DNA from: Methanomicrobiales archaeon
GTDB lineage: Archaea; Halobacteriota; Methanomicrobia; Methanomicrobiales; Methanospirillaceae
DNA: 44,652 bases
NCBI GenBank assembly: GCA_037137755.1
Contig: JBAXJR010000019.1
Location: 1 to 44,652 of the forward strand
Reading direction: 5' to 3'
The notes under the pieces are model-generated. The model was not told the origin of the DNA and made no database searches. It saw nothing but the letters and a program-made list of their open reading frames with translations. Shown here piece by piece: positions 30,770-40,254 of this stretch (position 1 is its first letter; each line of letters begins with the position of its first letter). The position numbers and the translations under genes are program-made.

Positions 30770-31334
30770 TTATTTAAGGTTTTTCCCTGCCTTCCAGGCA
30801 TCACCCATGTACTGACTGACACCCCAGTATACCGGTTGTCAGGCATGGTGAGGAGGAGGAGGTTCATCTTTTTACTATCTGGGTGACCATTCGTCAGGTA
30901 TATCTCTTTGGTATTCGACGCCACGGTCTCACTGGTAGAGAAATTATTTGTCGGACATTCTACCGTATTCACAAGGCGGTATCCAGGCAAGGGTGGGTAC
31001 TCACGGATCATTGATGCGGGTCTCCCGGGTCCCCCGCAAAAAATATCTAACATTCCTGATTTATCCGTATCCTTTCCCGAAACCAGTCCACAATAATCTG
31101 TTTTTTCCAGCATATCAGCGGAGGGGATATTGATACGGACGGTCCTGTTTTTTAGGATTCCCTTGTTCGTATTGTGATGTTTTCCTACACCACACCCGAT
31201 CATGGGGGGTTTGTATTCACCCTTGACACCCAGCCGTGGGCCATGAAGTTCGGGACTGAATTAACGTTCACCCCGGGCAGAGTTGCAGGCACCGGGTACG
31301 TAAACACGTTTGCAGGGTAACGCACCTTGTTCAC
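30770..31334 (-). pseudogene. Flavin reductase/flavoredoxin family pseudogene
   Basis: GTG 31334 reads MNKVRYPANVFTYPVP...PNFMAHGWVSRVNTNPP-stop. One extra C in the G6 run (31204-31209) joins it to MIGCGVGKHH...DYCGLVSG. A second shift near 30830 moves the YWGVSQYMGDAWKAGKNLK end out of frame. Confidence 0.8.
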
Positions 31335-31500
31335 GACGGGACTTTACCGTTGTAACTGGAGTTCTTCACCAGAATATGGTAATGCTACCTGCATCTGGTC
31401 TCAAGGAAGAGGCAGGGGATCAGTTGCCGGATAGTACCCGATATCCTGGCATCTGGCAGGGAAAAAAGAAAAATAGCCGGGCTACTATAACCGGACAGCG

Positions 31501-32199
31501 TTAGAATTTCTTTCGTGCAGCAATTGCAAGTCCCAAACCTGCAATCATGACGGCTACCACAATAATCCCTACGGGTAACGGGGCTTTCGTGGTTGGCTGG
31601 GCTGTGGGCAGTGGGTTTAAGGTCGCATAGAGGTTAACTTTCTCACCCTGGCCAGGATACTGTGTAATTGGCGCGCTGAATGTCGTGTACCCGGGCATCT
31701 GGACACTATAGGTCTTGTAGGGGGTCCCGGTTACGTAAACCTGTACCGTGAGAGTCCCCTGTGCGATCTGCCCTTCATTGGTCGAGTCGAAGAAGACTGT
31801 CGCACCATCCACGTTGCAGTTTACCACGTACCAGCCAATATTTCCCCCGATTGGTTGCGGGATTGTTGTCGGAACAGCCGGGTTTAATGTTGCATAAAGA
31901 TCAACCTGTTCTCCCTTTGCAGGATACTGTGTGATTGGCGAATTGAAGGTTGTGTAACCTTCCATCTGAACGGAGTATGTTTTATACGGTGTTCCGGTCG
32001 TATAGACAGGTACTGTAAGGGTATTCTGGACAATCTGTCCCTTTAAAACCCCGTCGAAATAGACATTTGCCCCGTCAACATTACAATGCACGACATACCA
32101 GCCCTGGTCTCCACCGATAGGGGTTGCGGCTGAAACGGCCTGGCCCCCTGCAAGCAATGCCAGCAGGACTACCATGAATGAGATCCAAATTTTTCGCAT
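31501..32199 (-). CDS. Secreted surface protein with two tandem PEGA-like repeats and a C-terminal TM/basic tail
   Basis: Signal MRKIWISFMVVLLALLAGGQAVSA, two PIGG.GWYVV.CNVDGA...LYATLNP repeats, tail TTKAPLPVG-hydrophobic-RKK. Confidence 0.82.
   Translation of the reverse strand: MRKIWISFMVVLLALLAGGQAVSAATPIGGDQGWYVVHCNVDGANVYFDGVLKGQIVQNTLTVPVYTTGTPYKTYSVQMEGYTTFNSPITQYPAKGEQVDLYATLNPAVPTTIPQPIGGNIGWYVVNCNVDGATVFFDSTNEGQIAQGTLTVQVYVTGTPYKTYSVQMPGYTTFSAPITQYPGQGEKVNLYATLNPLPTAQPTTKAPLPVGIIVVAVMIAGLGLAIAARKKF
31612..32121 (-). repeat. Intragenic tandem duplication (two ~243-bp units, 267-bp period)
   Basis: Units 31879-32121 and 31612-31854 encode highly similar 81-aa domains. Confidence 0.85.
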
Positions 32200-32440
32200 C
32201 AGAATCATCTCTTGTAACTCTGACTGAGAGTGACAAGTATAAAAACTGTCCCGGTTGCTGTTCGACAAATAGTAATGATGGGTAATAATTGCCAAATTGG
32301 AGGCCTTTCGGTTATACCCGGTGAATTCTCCAGGTTCCGGATATAGGTGTGGTTGCACCTGCACGGAAATATTTTTTTGAATCGGCACATTTTTCATCTC
32401 GCTTCAAAAAGGCTATTTATCCGGAACAATTGGCTGGCCC

Positions 32441-33652
32441 ATGTGCGGCACCAGGGAGACCAGGACAGTGACGAACAGGAATAACGATGCGAGAACTGCA
32501 CCCAGGCTGGCATCCTCACGTGCAGATGCATTCAGCGAATCGGTTATCAGGGAAATGACACGCCTTGCCATCAAATACAAGGCCATTAACCTCGCGCAGG
32601 GGTTTCCTGACTTTCCATGCCCCGATGAACTGAAACAGGCGGCCTGCGATGCGGTGAATGCGGATATCAACCAGTATGCAATTACCTGGGGGGCACAGGA
32701 ACTCCGGGAAGCTCTCTCAGCGAAGGTGAGCAGGTATAACCATATGGAATTTGATCCGGCGACAGAGATCACGGTAACCTGCGGGTCGACTGAGGCGATG
32801 ATGGCGTCGATGCTCGCCCTGATCTCCCCCGGAGACGAGGTGGTTGTCCCTGAGCCATTTTACGAGAATTATGGCCCCGACGCCATCATATCAGGGGCAG
32901 TCCCGAAATTTGTTCCGATCGCCGATGATGCCCCGCTTGAGGAGGAGGCCTGGAAAGAGGCTTTTTCAGAACATACCCGGGCAATTATTATCAATACCCC
33001 GAATAACCCTACCGGGAAGGTATTTTCATTGGAAGAACTGCGGTTTATTGCCGATCTTTGTATCGACCATGACGTGATCGCCGTGACCGACGAGATTTAT
33101 GAACATATCCTCTATGATGGCCGGAAACATGTCTCGATTGGTTCGCTTCCCGGCATGGAGGACCGGACGATCACGATCGGCAGTTTTTCGAAGACCTACA
33201 GTGTCACCGGGTGGAGGGTCGGGTATACTCTCGCCAGCGAGGCTCTCTCATGCAGGATACGGAAGATCCATGATTTTCTCACTGTCGGAGCCCCGGCACC
33301 CCTGCAGGCAGCCTGTGCCGGGGCACTCTCACTGCCAGATTCGTATTATCGTAGCCTGGCCGGTCTTTATGAGTCCAAACGACAGAAACTCTTCAAAGGA
33401 CTCTCCGATGCGGGTTTCAGGTGCCGTCTGCCAGAGGGGGCCTACTATATCTTCACCGAAATCGGTGATTTCGGAATGCCTGATATTGAATTCGCACGAT
33501 ACCTTGTAGAGAAAGGAGGTATTGCGGCAGTCCCTGGCAGCTCATTTTACCGCGAAGGTGGCGCGGACAGGCTCAGGTTTACGTTCTCAAAAAAGGACGA
33601 GACCCTTGATGAAGCATGCCGCAGGCTCAGTGAACTCGATATTCCCGGGTAA
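32441..33652 (+). CDS. PLP-dependent class I/II aminotransferase (YbdL/MtnE-like)
   Basis: AINLAQGFPDF, NTPNNPTGKV, DEIYEH, SFSKTYSVTGWRVGY. Start may be GTG 32468. Confidence 0.92.
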   Translation: MCGTRETRTVTNRNNDARTAPRLASSRADAFSESVIREMTRLAIKYKAINLAQGFPDFPCPDELKQAACDAVNADINQYAITWGAQELREALSAKVSRYNHMEFDPATEITVTCGSTEAMMASMLALISPGDEVVVPEPFYENYGPDAIISGAVPKFVPIADDAPLEEEAWKEAFSEHTRAIIINTPNNPTGKVFSLEELRFIADLCIDHDVIAVTDEIYEHILYDGRKHVSIGSLPGMEDRTITIGSFSKTYSVTGWRVGYTLASEALSCRIRKIHDFLTVGAPAPLQAACAGALSLPDSYYRSLAGLYESKRQKLFKGLSDAGFRCRLPEGAYYIFTEIGDFGMPDIEFARYLVEKGGIAAVPGSSFYREGGADRLRFTFSKKDETLDEACRRLSELDIPG

Positions 33653-33824
33653 TTGGTTATTCCATTCATAACTCTCGTTTTTTTGTGACCATTCACCGGC
33701 TGAAAGGCACTTCGGGAGACTGCATGCACCATGCACAGGTCACATGGCGCGATGCAAATTATTATTTCCCTGTGCGTAATAACTCCGAACGGGATTTCTG
33801 GATAACTAAAAGGAGTTGGAAAAA

Positions 33825-34025
33825 TTGGCTATTGACCCGGTTTGTGGAATGAATGTCCGTGAAGCGCGTGCAGAAAACGAGAGCGTATACAAAGGGATTA
33901 AGTATTATTTCTGCTCGGCAGTATGCAGGGAGGAGTTTGATCGTGACCCGGACGCCTACATGTATGCTGACCCTGATGAATCAGAGACCGATTATAAGGA
34001 CGAATCCTTTGATTCTGGTGATTAA
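33825..34025 (+). CDS. YHS-domain (metal-binding) protein
   Basis: AIDPVCGM...YYFCS..C..EF...P..Y; TTG start behind AGGAG. Confidence 0.88.
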   Translation: MAIDPVCGMNVREARAENESVYKGIKYYFCSAVCREEFDRDPDAYMYADPDESETDYKDESFDSGD

Positions 34026-34073
34026 ACGGGTAGATACAGGAAATAAACAAGGGTATTGGTTACTACCAGCAGG

Positions 34074-34733
34074 CTAGTCTTTTTTATTCTTCCAGGCTGC
34101 CAGAGCGGCAACCAGCAATACGCCAATGAGAGTGACCGGGCTCAATCCTGAAGATTTGGTGGGCGCTGGTGTTGCCATGGTGGTGACAGGGGACGAAGCA
34201 GCAGGCGGGGCGGTCATCACCGGTGTCGCAGGGACGGCTACAGGTTCTGAAATTGTCTGGACTGCCCCGGGTACGGTCTGTCCTGCATTGTTCTGCTGGG
34301 ATACCTGGAGGAGGTTAACACTGGGTACACTTGAAGGAACAATGCCGGTCACGGATGCTGATACCGATACATCATCACTTGTAGGGTACGACAGGAGGAA
34401 GCCATTGATAAATGCAGTGTTTCCTTTCGCGGGTATTACTGCCGCGGGTATACCATTTACCATTACCTGCACATCCCACTGGGGTACGGCCAGTCCGGTT
34501 GTCAGTTGCAACTGGTTTCCAATGATAAAAGTGGTAGACCCCTGTGGAATAATCGCAATAATTGCAGTTACAGACTGTTGTGACCCAGGCTGCAGTGGTG
34601 TTCGGGAAGGGTTGAGTTCAGACTGCTGGATCTGGAATGTTGCGGATACCGGTAGTACAAGGGCGAACATTACCAGCATCACAATACTGCAGAGTATGAA
34701 GGGGTTTTTAACAATCGGCCGCATGGTTTTCAA
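34074..34733 (-). CDS. Secreted surface protein with Pro/Thr linker and C-terminal TM/basic tail
   Basis: Signal peptide, beta-rich domain, PTKSSGLSP-hydrophobic-KNKK tail. Confidence 0.78.
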   Translation of the reverse strand: MKTMRPIVKNPFILCSIVMLVMFALVLPVSATFQIQQSELNPSRTPLQPGSQQSVTAIIAIIPQGSTTFIIGNQLQLTTGLAVPQWDVQVMVNGIPAAVIPAKGNTAFINGFLLSYPTSDDVSVSASVTGIVPSSVPSVNLLQVSQQNNAGQTVPGAVQTISEPVAVPATPVMTAPPAASSPVTTMATPAPTKSSGLSPVTLIGVLLVAALAAWKNKKD

Positions 34734-34862
34734 GATGATAATGTTACCCCATTGAACCTTATAAATTATGATTCATGCATACCAGGACGCTGATGCAGGC
34801 AGTCACGGGGATGAAATAACGAAATCGAACGCCTTATATCCCTGGTGGAGAACAACTGTTGC

Positions 34863-35213
34863 ATGGGACATTTTGTCAGGGGGGACGTAGTTATCGCGCA
34901 TGTCCCGTGTTTTGGGAGGGGTGGTGCAAAACTCCGTCCGGCCGTAGTGGTTGGAACTGACCGGAATAATGACCTCATCGTCGTCCCGGTAAGCAGCCAG
35001 CCTTCGACAGACTCCCCGTCATTACCTCTGTCCCTGGATGATTTTCTGGAGGGGGGCCTTGATATGTTCAACGAAAGCTATATCCTTTTTTCCCATGCCA
35101 GTACCATCCACCCCCGTGATGTTGTCGGAAAACGTGGCCGGCTGACCAGCGAATTTACCAGCCAGGTCATTGCCCGGGTCACGCCGGGTACCTTCCGTAC
35201 CAGGCGGTCATGA
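34863..35213 (+). CDS. PemK/MazF-family toxin-like endoribonuclease
   Basis: RGDVVIA.VP......KLRPAVVV...DLIVVPVSS, GGL...S, GRL. Confidence 0.8.
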   Translation: MGHFVRGDVVIAHVPCFGRGGAKLRPAVVVGTDRNNDLIVVPVSSQPSTDSPSLPLSLDDFLEGGLDMFNESYILFSHASTIHPRDVVGKRGRLTSEFTSQVIARVTPGTFRTRRS

Positions 35214-35286
35214 ACCACCCCAGAATAACATTACATTGTTATCACAGGGCTCTTTCCTCTGAAAAACGATTGTATGCCTATAAAAT

Positions 35287-35475
35287 TTAATAGTCCCTGA
35301 GCGGGTATCCGGCCGCCCGGGCAATCCATTTCACGCCATAATACAGGATGGGGGTCCCGACGAATATCGTGACCACGTTGACCAGCACATTATGGGTGAC
35401 CGAATAGAGGTAATCACCCACAATTACCGCGATGACAACCGATATCAAAAGTACAATCAGTTCAAGCCGTTCCAT
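35287..35475 (-). CDS. Small two-TM membrane protein
   Basis: 62 aa, two hydrophobic helices. Confidence 0.6.
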   Translation of the reverse strand: MERLELIVLLISVVIAVIVGDYLYSVTHNVLVNVVTIFVGTPILYYGVKWIARAAGYPLRDY

Positions 35476-35584
35476 TTTTTATACACCACTATTCTTTTCC
35501 ACTCTGGTTCGCATCATATTCACATGTATCTTACGTAAAGGCATTGCCGGGCTGTACGAGATACGTCGGTATCCTTCCGGTTAC

Positions 35585-36280
35585 TTACCTGGCTTTAGCC
35601 TGCACTTTTGGCTCGATCAATGTCCAGATCCAGTCGGCCAGCTCCCTGATATTCTTGGTCTGGATGAATAACTCGCCCGGCCCGGTGATTTCCGTTACAA
35701 ATCCTTCGCCACCAAGGATTGTCTCTTTGAGGCCGCCGAATTTTGTCACCTTGTACTGGCAGGTATCACTGAATGCCACAAGGTGGAAGTTATCAACAAT
35801 GAGTTTCTCCCCTGCGGCGAGCTGGTGCCGGTCGATCGCTCCAAAGGTATTGATAAACAGGTTTCCGGTCCCGGTAACTTTAATCATGAAGAGTCCCTAC
35901 CCGAAAAGTCCCTTGGTAAAACCCTGCCACTGTACATCGAGCAGGACCGTTGCATCTGATGCGACAAACGCCGATTTCTGGATGATGAACCCCTGGTCGG
36001 GCCGTATTTCCAGCTTGTCTATGTCCCCGATCGGTGCGGCGGAAAAGGCGGCTTCCCCGGACCTGGTGGTAGCAGTGAAATCATTGACAAAAAATGACTG
36101 CCCGCCAAGCAGCGCCATGCCAAGTGTACCAAGAAATCCTTTCTCACGTTTCCGCGTCTTCACCACGATTGTCGGCTGCATGTATGTCATTGACCCGGCC
36201 TCGGCGGTAATCGCTTCACCGGGATTGAGTGTCACAACAAGAAGGGAATATGCAGGCGGGTAACGGATTTCGAACTTCAC
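35585..36280 (-). pseudogene. AIM24/TIGR00266-family protein interrupted by an in-frame TAG
   Basis: ORFs 35897-36280 and 35585-35887 are in the same frame and read ...FTKGLFG*GLFMIKVTGTG...; family motifs AEAGSM, GGQSFF, VDNFHLVAF, GGEG...GPG...QT. Confidence 0.85.
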
Positions 36281-36883
36281 TCGTTATCTCTCCTGTGAAT
36301 GCCCGGATGACACATAAGGATAACGGTCCTGCAATCCAGCCTGTATGACGGTTTCTCATAGGCGTTTGGACAAAAACCTAGCGGGCCTCCGGACCGGGGC
36401 AGAATAGCACCCAGGATTGTTTTCACGGGGCTCACGGAGGAGGAGGGAATACCGAATAGTTAAGCGTCCAAAACTCCAGATATACAGCAAGGGATAAGGA
36501 TTGTGACATGAAACGGAAAGGTCAGGGACACAGAACCTGGGGATGAAACCTGCCATGAGAAAACTGCCGAATCCCGGTCAGAACGATACCGGAAACGGGT
36601 AGAGACCATCCGGGACTGCATGCTTGAATAACTGCCAGGGTTCCTTCTTTTATCCGTAATCGTCATCACCTCCGGGGAAGGACAGGTGGTGAGGCCGGAC
36701 CACCCGCGTTTCTCCTTGCGGCAAACAACGTGCTAACCTTGAAAAAATAACTTCCACGTGATTGGGATAGGTCTGCAACAGGGTCATCGCATGCCATTGT
36801 CGACCGGGGGTAATGGTATTTTTTCCGAAACTCTGGTGCATTGGGATAACCGGTAAACCAGTTAACCCGGAAGCACCAATGGA

Positions 36884-37417
36884 TTGGTAATGGATATCGT
36901 CATTGCTGTGCTCCTTATGGCTACCCTGGTCCTTGGCACCGGACTCGTCATCATCGCTTTCAGGTACGCATCACTCGCCGGTGGAACTGAGTCCCGTGCA
37001 AGGCAAATGTTCGAAGAATGGAAGCGAAGTACTCTTGAACAGGAGGCAATACGCCGTGCCGATCTTCTCAACCGGGAGTGGGTGCTTGACCGGGAGAAGA
37101 CATCAAGGGCTGAAGCGGTGAAGCAGAGTGGCGCAACGATCAGGGGAAATATAACACAGCACCTGGTACCATATTTCCCTGATTTCCCATGGAACCCGAG
37201 GGACACGCGTTTTATTGGCACCCCTATCGACCTGATTATCTTTTCCGGCTTATCGGAGGAAAAAGACCTCGACGGTATTATTTTCGTCGAGGTAAAAAGC
37301 GGAAAAACAGGCGCACTTTCAGAAACACAGAAAAAAGTCAAGCGCTATATTGAGAACGGGGGCCGTGTCACATTTTCCCGGATAACCACCGGTACCCGGA
37401 CAGATACACCCATTTAA
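36884..37417 (+). CDS. Membrane-anchored Holliday-junction-resolvase-like PD-(D/E)xK nuclease (Endonuc_Holl-like)
   Basis: N-terminal TM, coiled region, RFIGTPIDLIIF.G...FVEVKSG...LSETQ. Confidence 0.82.
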   Translation: MVMDIVIAVLLMATLVLGTGLVIIAFRYASLAGGTESRARQMFEEWKRSTLEQEAIRRADLLNREWVLDREKTSRAEAVKQSGATIRGNITQHLVPYFPDFPWNPRDTRFIGTPIDLIIFSGLSEEKDLDGIIFVEVKSGKTGALSETQKKVKRYIENGGRVTFSRITTGTRTDTPI

Positions 37418-38766
37418 TGAGGACTGGGGTCCATACACATTTTCAGGAAGAGATTTTTATGAGTATTGAGATCCGGCTGGCAAACGAGGACGAGGTGCCG
37501 ATAGTAACCCTGACGGGAAGGCTCGACGGGTTTGGAGCACAACAACTGGAGATGGGACTTAAGGAAATTGTGAGGGACGATACACGATCGGTGATCTTTA
37601 ACCTTGCCGGAGTGGACTACCTTTCAAGTGCCGGTATCCGTGTACTCCTTGGCCTGAAGAAGAGACTCAAGTTGAGAGACGGGACACTGGCCCTGATTAA
37701 TGTCCAGGAGTTTCCAAAAAGCGTTCTGGAAATGGCCGGGTTCCAGAAAGTACTTGATGTGTATCCCACGCTCCAGGAGGCACAGATTGCATGCCGGGAG
37801 AAACCACGCGAAGAGGGGCTCCTGTTCGGGATCAGGCACCCATCTTTTACCGTTGACGGGGTTACCTATGCGGTCGAACCGGGGTCCCCGAAAACTGCCT
37901 CGCTTATCGTCACGGGAGACCTTGTAAAAGTCCTGAACTCAGCCATTACCGCATCGGACATCAGGACACTCGGGTTTAAGGAGGCAGATTATTCACTCGG
38001 TCTCGGGGCGCTGGGAAAGGATGCAACGGATGCAATGTCTCTGATGGGGGAGATGATTACCCTGCATGGTTCGATGGTCTACGTCCCGACAGATGGCCAT
38101 TTTACCCCGGACTTCTTCACCCCGGTTAAAGAAACAGGGGAGGTAAAAATCTTCACGGGGTTCAATGTGCGGCTTTCCGGCCCGTTCCACGAGTTGTTCA
38201 CTTTTGAGACCACCAGGGAGAACGGGGTATCACTGGCAGAGATCTATTCAGCACTCTGTACCCTCGCACGGACACGGAGGGCAGATTTCCATGGTATCCT
38301 GAGCCTCGTTATCTGGGGTGTGGTGGAGGGTGTGATCAGTTCGGAGATAACGCATTCCCCTGTACAGGAGCGGTCCCCGGCGAACCATAAATCGATCATG
38401 GACCCTGAAAATTACGACGAATGGAATGATACCAACCGGGAGCCCCGGTACCGTGGCGATACCCTCGTGAGTTTCGGGATTGGTATTGATCTGTCCGGTG
38501 ACCTCTCTGCATTCTCCAAAAGAGACCTCGCCGCTCTCCATTACGTCCACCCGGCGAACAAAGAGGCCGCGACAATGTACCTCCACAACCACGGCGTAAT
38601 CTTCCGGAACACCCCCTATGACCCGAAATTCGAACTCTCGCGCCAGGTGAAGACTATCGCAGAGGACGGGGAATTCGTCGATATGCGCCACCTGTTGGAT
38701 GAGACACGGCTGCGCAAGGCAAAAATCGGGGTATCCTATATTTCCTCCATTGAACGACGGGAATAA
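37417..38766 (+). CDS. STAS-domain protein with a large C-terminal domain
   Basis: LTGRLDGFGA...VDYLSSAGIRVLL...VLEMAGF STAS signature. Start is 37417 (overlapping the upstream stop) or 37459. Confidence 0.82.
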   Translation: MRTGVHTHFQEEIFMSIEIRLANEDEVPIVTLTGRLDGFGAQQLEMGLKEIVRDDTRSVIFNLAGVDYLSSAGIRVLLGLKKRLKLRDGTLALINVQEFPKSVLEMAGFQKVLDVYPTLQEAQIACREKPREEGLLFGIRHPSFTVDGVTYAVEPGSPKTASLIVTGDLVKVLNSAITASDIRTLGFKEADYSLGLGALGKDATDAMSLMGEMITLHGSMVYVPTDGHFTPDFFTPVKETGEVKIFTGFNVRLSGPFHELFTFETTRENGVSLAEIYSALCTLARTRRADFHGILSLVIWGVVEGVISSEITHSPVQERSPANHKSIMDPENYDEWNDTNREPRYRGDTLVSFGIGIDLSGDLSAFSKRDLAALHYVHPANKEAATMYLHNHGVIFRNTPYDPKFELSRQVKTIAEDGEFVDMRHLLDETRLRKAKIGVSYISSIERRE

Positions 38767-39114
38767 AACCCGGGGTGCATTGCGAAAAAAAAAAGATAGT
38801 ATTGCTTTGTCGAAACCCTGCGGGTCTTCCTGAGAATTTGAGAGTTTTGGAGATCATTACCTATCCCAACCAGGGTCGCCAAAGCTGCGGGCTATCAGCC
38901 CCGGGAGCGAGGGATATTGGGAATTCCCTAGATCTGCAGGATAATTTTGAGAGCGGGTCAACAGGGCGATATGAAAAGATTTTTCCCGGCTCTGCTGCCC
39001 TTTATAATCCTGATACGCCCTGTTTTTAGAGTGTGAGTTCCTGTATCCAGAGAACTAAAGGCTTACCCGGGTTTTTTTTTAATGGAACGTGAGCTTTTTA
39101 CCAAATGCCACGGT

Positions 39115-39933
39115 TTACGTTGGGGCTGGAATTAGGCCAAGCATGTACAAGGCGATGAGAATAAGCAGGAATGCAAAAATTACCGATAGTTTTCTTGCCG
39201 GGAGGTGATTGGCAACATGTACCCCAATGATAGTAAACGGTATGGTCACTGCAACAATAATCCCCCAGAAAGCCAGGTTTACATACCCAATCGAGAAAGG
39301 CGGCAGGCCTGGTACACCGATCCCATTAACAATATATGCAATGGTGCTGCCGGTTGAAGAGAACATGATACATGCCGAGGACGTTGCCATCGCTTCATGC
39401 ACCGGCACCCCGAAAATGCAGACCAGGATCGGGAGAATGATAAGTCCCCCGCCAATCCCGATGATCCCGGATACCAGGCCGAATAAAAAACCTGCAATAC
39501 ACCAGTAAATCCAGGGGATTCTTTTCTTCCCCCAGTCCTGGGGCAGGGGCAGGACCATCCGTATTGCCGATATGATAAGAAACAGCCCGAACAGTATTTT
39601 TAATGGTCCCCCGGGGACATGCGTGGCGATGGTGCCCCCGATAATCCCCCCGATAATCCCCGCACTTCCGATCAGTACAACAATTTTCCAGATAATTGAC
39701 CGTTCTTTCGCATGCTCACGGGTATTGACCGCTGATATCACTAGTGCAATGGCAACCGATGTACCAAATGCGACACGGACGGAGGTATCCGTGTCATACC
39801 CATAATGGGTGAGCATCCAGTACATGACCGGGTTGTCAAGATACGAACCGGCAAGTCCAAGAAGCCCCGACGAAAAACCAGCAAGTACCCCGGTTATTAC
39901 GAGTATAGTAGCAGCAAGCCAGGTTTCAATCAT
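39115..39933 (-). CDS. TauE/SafE (TSUP) sulfite exporter family permease
   Basis: AGFSSGLLGLAG, AFGTS, SGIIGIGGGLIILP, AMATSS; multiple TM helices. Start MIETW at 39933. Confidence 0.88.
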   Translation of the reverse strand: MIETWLAATILVITGVLAGFSSGLLGLAGSYLDNPVMYWMLTHYGYDTDTSVRVAFGTSVAIALVISAVNTREHAKERSIIWKIVVLIGSAGIIGGIIGGTIATHVPGGPLKILFGLFLIISAIRMVLPLPQDWGKKRIPWIYWCIAGFLFGLVSGIIGIGGGLIILPILVCIFGVPVHEAMATSSACIMFSSTGSTIAYIVNGIGVPGLPPFSIGYVNLAFWGIIVAVTIPFTIIGVHVANHLPARKLSVIFAFLLILIALYMLGLIPAPT

Positions 39934-40254
39934 GGAGTCCGACCTTGATGAAATGAAGCGGTTCCAGGTCAGTTCCCCAGCGTGATTCCCGGCCACCAGG
40001 ATCATGCAGGAATAATCCCCGATTTTCGCTTTTCAGTTCTAATGAAGGATGAAATGTCGATAACGATAATGGTTACCCCCATGACGGGAAAGCCCGATCG
40101 CGAACCTGATGGTGGATCGGTCATCCTATGGACGAGGATTTCACCGGGATATACCGGAACCGGTGACCGGTCTGTTCACCCGGTTACATGGGAATGGTAT
40201 CGGCACAGTCCACAAAGATCGCTATTATGAGCGCTCCGCCCCAATGCTACTCTG

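Noticed and set aside
36508-36631. Possible small protein ...ERYRKRVETIRDCMLE needing a frameshift after ATG 36508
   Set aside because: No in-frame start and no recognisable family; cannot be supported without a homology search.
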